Positions 11,062 through 20,302 of a DNA stretch of 37,535 nucleotides are shown in pieces. The notes below the pieces were generated by a model. It was not told the DNA's origin. It made no database searches and worked only from the letters and a program-made list of their open reading frames with translations. The translations under genes and the position numbers were made by a program. This DNA is from Chlorokybus atmophyticus. Lineage: Eukaryota > Plantae > Mesostigma and Chlorokybus algae. Position 1 is the first letter of the stretch. Each line of letters begins with the position of its first letter. Where the stretch lies: the NCBI GenBank assembly GCA_009103225.1, contig RHPI01000671.1:470825-508359 (forward strand). Direction: 5' to 3'.

Positions 11062-12010
11062 ACCATGCTATTCTGGTCCATGGCTTGTCCTAGCAGCACT
11101 TGGCGCTGTGGTTTACTTGGTCATGGCGCCGCTGTTGCACGGATAGGAACCCAATCGCACGCTCGCGCTCACCAGCTGTGGGCTCTTCCAACCTGCTGTT
11201 TCGTGAGTCCCACACCAGCCCTGGCCCTCCCTTGCGGAATGCATAAGAGCCTGGGTATGTTACCAATGTCGGCAACGCCGCCATGTCGTGCCCAACCTGG
11301 TTCACCACCTCCTGAGGCGGCCGATCAGCCTTGCTGACCTGTTGTGCTGTGCGCCCATGCTCCAGCACTTGGTTGACTGTCAAACCTTGCGGTCTAGAGT
11401 ACTCTTGCTGCACTGTGCAAAGCAACTCAACCGGCGCAAGGTTTTTCCACTTCACACGCAGCCGATGCGCGCGCGAACCATGCCGTGCGGCATCCATGAC
11501 CAGCTCATGACCTTGCACATGTCTCACCAGCTGATAGTCCTCTCGCACGCGCTTGCGCTTGTCGTCTTCAGCTGGTACGTTCTCAATGATGTACGCCATG
11601 GGCTGCTCTTGGCCTTGCTGAATCATGTTTTGATGACACGCACCAACTCCCAAAACAATGACGAGCGCGTATCCATCAATCCTTTGCCATGACCAGCCTA
11701 TGAATGCCCTTGGCATTCCCACCCCGCTACAAGCAAATCCACATGGCCGATTGCCGCGAGATGATGTGGCCCCACCAAGCAAATGTCTTGCGGCCATGTG
11801 CTTGGAAAGCCCTTCACCGCAGCCTCATGTAGCAGATCTGGATACTTCTTCAACAACATCCTCACATGATGTTGTGCACCTTGTTGTGACGTTGGCAAAG
11901 GGTCCACATAGACGTAGCGCCGCACCTTGATGCCGGCATTCAACGCGGCCGCAAGCCCACTTGCAATGCCACCAAACAGCTCCACCATCACGACACCATC
12001 CTCGGGCACC
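11060..12010 (-). pseudogene. C5 DNA cytosine methyltransferase domain within the element B polyprotein
   Basis: Motif I VELFGGIASG (ELFGGI at 11965-11982); motif IV LLVAGWECQGHS (Cys 11713-11715); motif VI YIIENV (11576-11584); motif VIII GSRAHRLRVKW; IX/X-like EPTAGERERAIGF..LLGQAMDQN. One TAG and 2-3 frameshifts. Confidence 0.9.
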
Positions 12011-12291
12011 TTCCACTCGATGGTGTTGTAGTTGATAGGCGGATGAACAGCTCTCACACCCTTGGGCAGCAACGGCGGCTCCAATGCCATCACATCCTTC
12101 ATCCATGCTTGGCTAACCTTGTCTCGAGCCTCTTGTTGCCGCTGAGCACGGTGTTGTGCAGCCATTTCCAGCTCTTGCGACTGGATTTGAGCCATATAGA
12201 CCAGCTCCGGAGGTCTCCCCTCCTCCATGTGCGTGGAGACACTCTCCCCCTCCTCCACATGGTCATAGTACATGTCGGTGCTGTCACCAAG

Positions 12292-13671
12292 TCATCCCTT
12301 GACTGAACGGCGACTCAAGCACGCCCAAACAGCAGATGCGGATGTTGGAGACCTCTTAACACCCCCTTGCGTGATGCTCAACGGAAAGTAGGCCTTCTCA
12401 CCTCCTCCCACACGCCAACGCGGCCGAAAGAACCCTTGTTCGATCCAATTGTCAACGCCGCCGCCGACGGGGAACAAGAAGTCTTGTCTGAGCAGCACAT
12501 CATACCCCTTCGCATCCGTGATGAGGCATCGAACCTTGAAGGTCGTGGTAGCACCTCCCAACGCAGTCAAGCATATGTCCACCGGCTGCACCGTTATGCC
12601 GCACATGGCCTCTACGGTTCCCGCCGAGGTATTGATCATGACCGGGCATGGCTCCCACTCCTTGGGGCTGAGTCCCATCCCTTTGACAGCTCTAGCACCC
12701 AAAATGACAGGTTGGGCACCTGTATCCACCAAGACAACATCCGGCACGAAGCCATCTAGGCTGATGTGCTCCCCTCGGTTGTCCACCATCACCACATTTG
12801 GCGATATCTTCTCTCTCAAGGCCGGCCGAGTGGCGGGAAGCTGTGCCAACATCCCTCCTACACTCCCCACACCTTCCTCTAGCTTGTCTCCAAGCTGAGT
12901 GAGAGAACTCGATGCCGACGCCGACCCCTCCGACGCCGCCAGCTCCTTGCGCGCAGCCATATGGCCTGTTTGCGCCACCATATCTTCATGAGACTTGCTC
13001 ACATGATCATGAGACGTTGTCGAGGCAGTCCTTGTAGTGTCTAGAGCACTTTGCAACAGCTCCACCACATGTTCCTTGCTGACTCCAAGGCCCTTCAAGC
13101 GAACAAGCGGCTGCCCGACCAGCTCCGCCGCAATGCTCTCCAACGGCGCCGTCAACCCCAAGTTTTCTTCATTGGCTTGAGTTGCGGGCTGTTGGGAAAA
13201 CATCTTGGCACCCTCAAGAAGCTTTACACACATTTGTAGCAGCTCCTCCACTCTCTTGTGCTCACCACCGCCACCGACGCCGACATCATGTTGCGCCGTT
13301 GCCGTAGTGGTCGGCTGCACTTTCGCACCCTCCGAGCGCGAACTCTCTTGCTCCAACGAGGTTGTTGGCAGCAACGTGAATGACATAGGCATGCGTGCAG
13401 CTGGTGCCCGCATCTTATCATGATCCACGCCCTCCTCGCGGACGGGCGCGGCCCTTTCCTCGACCATCCTAGTCGGGGGAGCTGGTGCAGCGTTTTGGCG
13501 TGCCGACGCTCTCGTCGTCGCAACCGCTGCCACCTTAGTGCCTTTGTGAAGCGCACTATACGCGAGGTAGCCTCCGGAGCTGCTTGGCTTATCCTCCGCT
13601 CCTCTCTCGGGCCATTTCCCTCGCTCGAGCATGCTCTTCAACGATGCATACTCCGATTGCATTGCCGCCAA
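12292..13671 (-). CDS. Element B Gag-Pol linker and aspartic protease
   Basis: VVLVDTGAQPVILG..GYDVLLRQDFLFPVG. Same frame as the downstream MTase ORF (11698-12273), separated only by one TGA. Confidence 0.9.
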   Translation of the reverse strand: MAAMQSEYASLKSMLERGKWPERGAEDKPSSSGGYLAYSALHKGTKVAAVATTRASARQNAAPAPPTRMVEERAAPVREEGVDHDKMRAPAARMPMSFTLLPTTSLEQESSRSEGAKVQPTTTATAQHDVGVGGGGEHKRVEELLQMCVKLLEGAKMFSQQPATQANEENLGLTAPLESIAAELVGQPLVRLKGLGVSKEHVVELLQSALDTTRTASTTSHDHVSKSHEDMVAQTGHMAARKELAASEGSASASSSLTQLGDKLEEGVGSVGGMLAQLPATRPALREKISPNVVMVDNRGEHISLDGFVPDVVLVDTGAQPVILGARAVKGMGLSPKEWEPCPVMINTSAGTVEAMCGITVQPVDICLTALGGATTTFKVRCLITDAKGYDVLLRQDFLFPVGGGVDNWIEQGFFRPRWRVGGGEKAYFPLSITQGGVKRSPTSASAVWACLSRRSVKG

Positions 13672-14812
13672 TGCAATTTGTCACTTCCGACATTGATGGC
13701 TCCGCTCTCACACTCGAGTGAGCTCCGACTGCCCCTCCTTGTTGTGGACGCAGCTCCGGATGCTTACTCCAACACTTGGCATCGACATGCCCGCCCTTCT
13801 TGCAATGAGAGCACACCACCTTTTTGCCTTTCCCACAATCCCTTGCAATATGGCCTTGCTCGCCACACGACCAGCATTTGGCACCCGACACACCTTCCAC
13901 AACCGCGTTGTTGGCGTGCTTGAACTCCTTCGGCTTCCCACCAGTTGCCTTGCTTGCCGCCGATGTCGCCGCGGGCTTGGAAGAGCTCTTCTCCTCCGAA
14001 ATCTCAAGCAACTTCAACCCCCGACGCTGCCGGTCAATGTTCTTGAGGTACTCATGCTGAATTTCTGCCGTCTCGGCCATCTTGAAGACATCCGCAAGCG
14101 TGTATGTCCCGAACTCGGACTGAGTGGTCATCATGGTCTCTACCTTCAGCCTCAAGTCCGCCTCTAGTTGTTGAAGGTACACAACCGCCGCGGTCTGATC
14201 CGTCATCACCTTGTAGTCCGTGTCCGTCAAGAGCTTGAGCATGCGCGTATACATCATCCTCGCCGTCTCCCCAACGTTGCGCTTGAAGAAACTCAGCTCA
14301 CGAACCTTGGCGGGTGTTGATTGTGGGTAGGTCTTCCTCAAGAGCGCCTTGAACTCAGTCACGGGCTGCTCCTTCTTCCACTCCGCTTCAAAGGCAGCCG
14401 GTGCGCCGAGCCGCAACGCCCTCTCCCTCACTACCAGCTGCTCCTTGAACTCTCTCCACGTGCCAAGAGCTTCATCCTTGAGGTATAGAGGCAACATCTT
14501 GAAGGCTTTGTGCTCGTCCCACCCCGACTTGTCCCGGTATCCCCATTTGACCATCTCGGAGTCGAAGCAGTCGATGAAGTCCCGTAGGTCCGCCGTGCCA
14601 GGCCTCCCACTGAACTTTGATGTGCTATCCATGCTTGCAGCTGAATCATGCATCTCTCCACCCACGTCCTCGATGTCGGACTCCTCGTCACTTGACAACC
14701 CCACCTCTTCGGCAAGGCCCTCCTCCACTGGAGTGATCCTTCCTTTCGCTCCTCTCTTTGAGGGCGGATTGGGTGGGCGTGACTGCCAGTCCTCTCCAGA
14801 TCTGGTGGGCAT
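13589..14812 (-). CDS. Element B Gag with two CCHC zinc knuckles
   Basis: KFSGRPGTADLRDFIDCFD; CWSCGEQGHIARDC and CSHCKKGGHVDAKC. Confidence 0.92.
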   Translation of the reverse strand: MPTRSGEDWQSRPPNPPSKRGAKGRITPVEEGLAEEVGLSSDEESDIEDVGGEMHDSAASMDSTSKFSGRPGTADLRDFIDCFDSEMVKWGYRDKSGWDEHKAFKMLPLYLKDEALGTWREFKEQLVVRERALRLGAPAAFEAEWKKEQPVTEFKALLRKTYPQSTPAKVRELSFFKRNVGETARMMYTRMLKLLTDTDYKVMTDQTAAVVYLQQLEADLRLKVETMMTTQSEFGTYTLADVFKMAETAEIQHEYLKNIDRQRRGLKLLEISEEKSSSKPAATSAASKATGGKPKEFKHANNAVVEGVSGAKCWSCGEQGHIARDCGKGKKVVCSHCKKGGHVDAKCWSKHPELRPQQGGAVGAHSSVRAEPSMSEVTNCIGGNAIGVCIVEEHARAREMARERSGG

Positions 14813-14858
14813 GAACTCGCCTGCAACTTGCTTCCACCTCGAGCAAACTCAGCTGACG

Positions 14859-14872
14859 GGTTGGATGCAAGT
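14859..14872 (-). promoter_or_regulatory. Primer-binding-site position; candidate self-priming PBS
   Basis: Sense ACTTGCATCCAACC abuts the LTR end (..TTTCA) and is the exact reverse complement of LTR positions 15147-15160. No TGG tRNA-CCA complement is present. Confidence 0.75.
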
Positions 14873-15659
14873 GAAAGATGCGTGTCCCCTTGCAAAAGGT
14901 AGGCAAGATGACCACAACTTGACTTGCAATCAGCCGTTCACTCGTGTAGAGCAGTCCAAACTCAATCCTCACTCAATGTACATGCTAAGGCAGCCCATAC
15001 GGTGCATGAAAGTCGCAACAGTGACACACACCCCTTCATGCACAGCAACGAACACGTGCACACACACTATACATGCAAGCATGTGCACAAGCATCCGCTC
15101 AGCCAAGAACCACTCCCAAAGGTGTTGCTTGCACTCCAGTAGGCCAACTTGCATCCAACCAAACTAGGAAACAAGCTAGCAAAGCCTTATATACCACCGT
15201 TGAGCCCAAGCCCAACCTACTCTCCAACTACCCTAACTGTCAGTCTGCACCAGCATAGTAACAGTCATGATGGCGTTGATAAGTAACGGTAGACGGTTAG
15301 GAAAGGCTATGCTTATCTAAGCCTATCCTCTTCAAGCACACTTCAAGACGCATCTTGTGACGCCAACCCACGGCCAAACCGCCACTCCAACTGTAAGTTA
15401 TGGCTTCTCAAAGTCACAACTCCAAAACAGCTGCGCGGGATACTATAATGACTCAAATATGCTGTCAGCTCGGTATCTGACTGTAGATACGCCTCGAACA
15501 CACCTCCCTCACGTCCATGAGGACCCAAACATGAGTTCCCAACAAAAACCCAACATATAAACCCTGTAAAATGGCTACGAAAGCCGAAATCCCAAGGTCC
15601 ATCCATGCCGCCAGCCCCGAGGGCACCATGCACATGACACTACATGCTCGCGCATGACA
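14872..15659 (-). repeat. 5' LTR of element B (788 bp) with TATA box
   Basis: Near-identical to 6784-7571. Sense TATATAA at 15193-15187. Confidence 0.95.
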
Positions 15660-15990
15660 CTTGCTTGATCTTGTTGTTGAGGGGGCGGTAGTCGACGCAT
15701 ATACGCCGGTCTGTTCAATTGCCTGCTAAATCTTTGTTCAGGGGCATGACGGTCGCGACATAAAGTTCGATGTGGACTCCTCAACCAGGCCTGCATCTAA
15801 CAGAGCCTTGCACTTCTGCTCCACCAAGTCTTCTTCCAACTTGGAGAGTTTGTACTGTCGTCAGAACACCGGTTCGGTGTCCACCAACTTGATGTCCACT
15901 TGGTAGACTGAGCAGCTGCCTAGCTCTTTCACGCTGAAGCTGGACTGGCTCCTCCAGTTGTTAAGGAGAGCCTCGAGTTGTTTTCATGTC
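15660..15990 (-). pseudogene. Element A RT N-terminal part
   Basis: VKELGSCSVYQVDIKLVDTEPVF*RQYKLSKLEEDLVEQKCKALLDAGLVEES..RRICVDYRPLNNKIKQ, which joins DMYQMP at 6650. Confidence 0.9.
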
Positions 15991-16189
15991 TGGCCTATAG
16001 CTAGCGGTCCAATAGCATGGGACCAGGAGGTAGCGTTGGCGACCATTGAAATGTCCTCCATAGTGACTGCTGCCTGCTCCATGTGGGCGATCTCGAGAGC
16101 GGTGTGTGCCGCTTCTCTCGAACGCGATCGGCCCACCCCCTCGCCAAGTGTTCGAGCTGCTGGAAGGCTACGTGGCGGTCCTTGAGAAC

Positions 16190-16960
16190 AAAGCATATAA
16201 ACCTAGGTAAGACACCAGAGTTGGGAGCGCACGGCGCGGTTGACCAGGCTAGTTGCACTGGTAGAAATGCTGATAATCGTGTCGCGTGACCAGTCGTGCT
16301 GTGCGCTCAGGGTCTAGGATAGCGTCGATGGTGAGATCGCGTGGATGATTGCTATGCAAATGCTCAATGTGGTGAAGAGATCCTCCACTGTGGCCAGGTT
16401 GGTCCATTTGGCGCGGACACAATGAGCACGGGATCCATAACGCGCTGCGTTGATTTTGAGAGGATGCCCAAGCAAGGAACACACCTGTCAAATACTGTTG
16501 GCCACGTAAAGACGCTTATCATCCTCGGAGTGCACGTTCTCGATGATGTACCCCAAAGGCCTAGAAATCTGCTTGCTCTGCAGGAGTTTGATGACGCGCT
16601 TCAGCTCCCAGATCAGTTGCGAGCGAGGATCAGAGAGTCCTTAGCCTTTGCCTGCGCTGGAGTGTCCTTCACACTCCCATTCTGCTATCAGCAGGCCGAT
16701 GTTGCCCACGGCCCGGAGGTGATCCGCGTGAATAAACGGATATTATGTGGTAACGCCTTCAGACTGCCTTACAGTGCTAATACTTGCAACTGCTGCGGGG
16801 AGCGCGCGTGTAGGCGGCGCAAGTGGTGGTTGAGGGCAATCTGTACGTGTGAATCAAGGTCACAGTAGAGGTACTTGGTGACCGTCACGCCGGTGTTGAA
16901 GACAGCGGCAAGGCCACTACCTATACCTCCAAACAGCTCCAACACGGTGACGCCTTGTTG
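16190..16960 (-). pseudogene. C5 DNA cytosine methyltransferase domain of element A
   Basis: VTVLELFGGIGSGLAA (ELFGGI at 16922-16939); LLIAEWECEGHSSAGKG*GLSDPRS (Cys 16671-16673); GYIIENV (16533-16541); GSRAHCVRAKWTNL; ALPTLVSY. Confidence 0.88.
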
Positions 16961-17261
16961 GCGGCGAAATACGTGGAACTCCACTACTCCAGTGGCCACC
17001 CAATATTGCTCCTAGACTACAGCTTGGTCCTTGTAAAGAGGGGACCGTGCGGTGAATTGTGGTCTGGTCAGTAGCAGATGTGCGACCACTTGTGCGCGCC
17101 AACGGCGTTCAGATGGTTTTTGTTGGGCCACTTCTTCAGTGGCATCCTCCTGGGGCTCATCATATGGAATATGAGAGTCCTCGTCATGGTTGTGGGGTCT
17201 CTGCCGCTGACTTGACAGTGGTTGTAGAAACTGACTAGTAGGTGACTGTCGCAGCTGACCT

Positions 17262-17720
17262 TTAGTGAGAGCGAGTGCGAGCCACTAGCTCAAGAGGCAG
17301 GTATCCATGAACCTCTCCATCCTCCTCATCCCAATGAGGACGAAACCGTGCCTTCTCTGTCCAGCAGTTCAGCCCCATGCCGACAGGAAAGTTGAAGTCT
17401 TGTCGCAGCAGCAGGTCGCAGGATCCCGCGTCGGTGACCACACACTTCTGTATGATCTCGGTGCTGTGGGAATGGTCCCACCTTGTCAAGTAAATGCAGA
17501 GGGCCTGCTTGGCGATGCCAATCACCTTGTCGCGGTTGCCGGTTGCGGTGTCGAGCACGTATGGGCAGGGCATTAGCTCGGCGCTGGTGATGCCGAGGTC
17601 GCGTGCGAGGTAATGTCTGACAATGACAGACTGGGCTCCAGAGTTCAGCATCACGAGCTTGGGTGGTCGACCATTGATGGTAACATGCTTGCCTGCGTTG
17701 GCGGTGATGGCTGCGTTGGC
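17262..17720 (-). pseudogene. Element A aspartic protease (catalytic D changed to N)
   Basis: LVMLNSGAQSVIV..CPYVLDTATG..SCDLLLRQDFNFPVGMG, collinear with the element B protease. Confidence 0.85.
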
Positions 17721-20131
17721 GTTAATGCGCAGATGCTTGAATCGTCGGTAGCGTCTGCGTGGGGTGACTGCTGCTGCAGTCTCCTCCGGTAGTGTCGAGC
17801 GCAGTGCGGCAAGCGACCCTCGACCGGCTGGGTCTTGAGAACCTCCTTGTCCGCGGCCTGGCCCAAACCGTCTTGGTCTTGGCTGTTGGTGTACTCGCTG
17901 CGGCCTAGGTGCTGGCGGTGCTGCATGTGGTTGCCCGAGTTGTGGCGCAGGGGGATTGCGCATTTGTGTGGCCGGGCAATACCTGGCGGCGTGGCCAGTA
18001 GTTGTGGGGGAAACCCTGGAGGACGGGGTATCTGTAGGCCCGCCTCCCGTGCGGCCTGTTCTTCCACATAAGTCCAGCGTACAGCATGCGCCGCCTCCCG
18101 GACCGGTGTACCTTTTGATGTGGCTGTTGGATTGTTGACCACAATACCCCAGCGATGGTTCTGAGGCATGGGCTGAAGATACACCGCGCGCAAGAGTCGC
18201 GCTCTTATGTCATGGGTGATGGCGGGAACCCTTGGGATCCCTGCCATGTAGGCATCCCATCTGCCATTGACCACCCCCAGTTCTAGCACCGTCGTTGCTC
18301 GTGCACGCACAGTAAGGTAGATCTCTGGCTATTGAACATGCTACTCATAAGCAGCTGCGATGCGTCTGTGTTGTCGCGCCGCTTCCACTCCTGGCAACCT
18401 CAGTATGGCCTCTTAAGCTCCTTCCAAGGTGTTGGTGGCTGCCGAGGCCACCTCGTCATAGGCTTGCCGTAGCGAGCGAAGCAAAGCGTCCAGCCATAAC
18501 AATCGAGTGCCAAATGCGAACAAAGGGACTACGGGGTGATTGGTGACTAGCCAAGTCACTAGTCTCGCTCGCGCTGCATTGCCACCTTCTCGCATCCCCA
18601 TCATCTGACTCAGGCCGATGCCTTCTTGTCGATGTAGCATGGTTGCTTGTCGCAACAGGGCAGTGCGAACTTGCTGTTCATCAACTAGGCCTGCTTCATC
18701 CCGTTGTGTACACCCTTGTGGTGTAAGGTAGCCTCTCCCTAAATCTCGTGGACCGTCAGGCAGATCTTCCACCAAGGTGGGTAGCAACGGGGCGATCACC
18801 CCCTTGGTTTGTTGGGCTTGCGTCCTCACCTGGTCAATGTCGGTCTCGACGGCGAGAGGTGTCGTGCTGGACGATGGGCCAGCGATTATTGGTTGGGCAA
18901 CGGAAGCGCGAGCAGTGGCAAGGGCTTGCGCTCGTGCATTGATAGCTGCAGTTTAATCCTATCTTGAGGTGAACACTTGTTCCACAGCGGCGTAGCGCTC
19001 GTGAAGCCGAGGAGTAGTGAGGGTCCTCAGTACTTCGTCGGTACTCAAAGGCATGTCAGCTGCATCGCTGATGTGCTGCTGTACATTGAGTTGCTGGTCT
19101 CGATACGTGTCCAGCGGACTTGGCTCGAAAGGCTCGTGACGGGCTTGTGTGGGCTGCCGTGGCGCGGTTTGCATGTTGTCATGCAGAGTCCAGCTGCATG
19201 GCCAACTCTAGCACAACAGGTGTTCTTACCACAAAGATGCGGTTTTGCATGGGAGGTGCCGTGCCGGTGAGGATTCTCCAATTGCCGCCGAGTCTGCTCT
19301 GGCAGGGTGTAACATTTAGGCCGGGGGAAAACGCAATCATTGCGTTTAGTACGCGTGGTGCGCTCTCCTCCTCTTCCAAAAGCAATGGTAGTGGGCTGCT
19401 CCACGCATGATGGTTTCCCATGCGCGCTCAGCTTGCTGACCTCGCGGGACAGCCTGAGTGGCGTCGAGGGCGGGCAACGTAGCTGCGCGCGTCGCTGCAG
19501 TGGCAGCGGACTCGACGATGGCACTGGCAGTGGTTGCGATAGTGCCGGTCAGTGGCGCGAGAGTGGTCTCAATGTTCGCTGACATAGGTGCTTCTGCAGC
19601 TGAGCTGGAGCGGGACATGTGCGATGCACTGCTGCAGAGTCGAAAACAGCATTAGCTGTCGCCATCGTGCTCACTAGTGTTGGCGTCAAGGTGCCCACTG
19701 GTGTACCAACTTCTGGTGCACCTGAAGTAGTCGCTGTTGACGCTGACGAAGTGGAAGTCGTAGCCAGTGTGGCTGTTGCTGCTAATGCAACAGCCACACC
19801 ACTAGTGGCTTCGGTAGAGGTAGCTGCTGACCATGTTGCAGCTTCCCCTCGTGCTCGTCGGGATGGTTGAATCCGTGACGGAGTGTTGATGTCTCTCATG
19901 CGCTTCGGAGCCATTAGGGGCCATCGGGCGAGTAGCAGGCGCGGTAGTTCTGCTCCTTGTCTTCCTCCAAGCGCGCCATGAGGGCAGCAATATGGTCATC
20001 AGCTGGCGGGTTGGCTGAAGCCTTGACAGCAACAGCAGCAGCGCGTGGACCCCCCCTCCTCCTTCAAGTCCCTTGCGCTGAGGAGTACGATTCTTCCCCC
20101 TGTAGCCTTGCTCTTCTTTGCAAGCATTGGC

Positions 20132-20299
20132 GTAGTAGTTGTTGTTATTGTTATGGCCTCCGGTGTGGTTGCTATTGTAGCCACCAAAATTGCCGTTGTG
20201 GCCTCTAGTGTTGTTGCTGTTGTAGCCACCAGAGTTGTTGCCGTTGTGGCCTCCAGTGTTATTGCTGTTGTAGCCACCAGAGTTGTTGCTGTAGTTGGC
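20132..20299 (-). repeat. Degenerate 24/48-bp tandem repeat encoding an N/G/Y-rich tract in the element A Gag frame
   Basis: After FPEL* the Gag frame reads SANYSNNSGGYNSNNTGGHNGNNSGGYNSNNTRGHNGNFGGYNSNHTGGHNNNNNYY. Confidence 0.8.
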
Positions 20300-20302
20300 A
20301 GA

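Larger units (their letters stand above)
6651..15659 (-). mobile_element. Element B: near full-length Ty3/Gypsy LTR retrotransposon encoding a C5 cytosine methyltransferase and a PHD finger
   Basis: Flanked by a CTTG duplication (6647-6650 and 15660-15663) inside the element A RT. Two 788-bp LTRs. Complete Gag-PR-MTase-RT-RH-IN-PHD order with a few stops and frameshifts. Confidence 0.95.

Noticed and set aside
13030-13120. UBA-like helix pattern LVRLKGLGVSKEHVVELLQSA upstream of the B protease
   Set aside because: Lacks the MGF loop and third helix signature; too short to support.
13589-13671. Programmed ribosomal frameshift between Gag and protease ORFs of B
   Set aside because: No slippery heptamer at the overlap; the junction (GTG ACA AAT TGC vs ..A ATT GCA TTG) looks like a 1-nt deletion, and the element has other random frameshifts.
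14349-15258. ORFs within and across the B LTRs (e.g. 272 aa at 14349-15167, and duplicates at 6783-7170)
   Set aside because: Antisense to Gag or within LTR sequence, low-complexity His/Cys/Thr composition, no domain motifs.
7574-15659. Reading element B as an LTR-less insert with a 17-bp TSD (AGTGAAAGATGCGTGTC) splitting a 921-bp LTR, as in LINE-mediated retroposition
   Set aside because: The right copy of the 17-mer is the true LTR end (TTTCA) followed by a PBS-position sequence, the two 788-bp LTRs are TG..CA bounded, and there is no poly-A tail.
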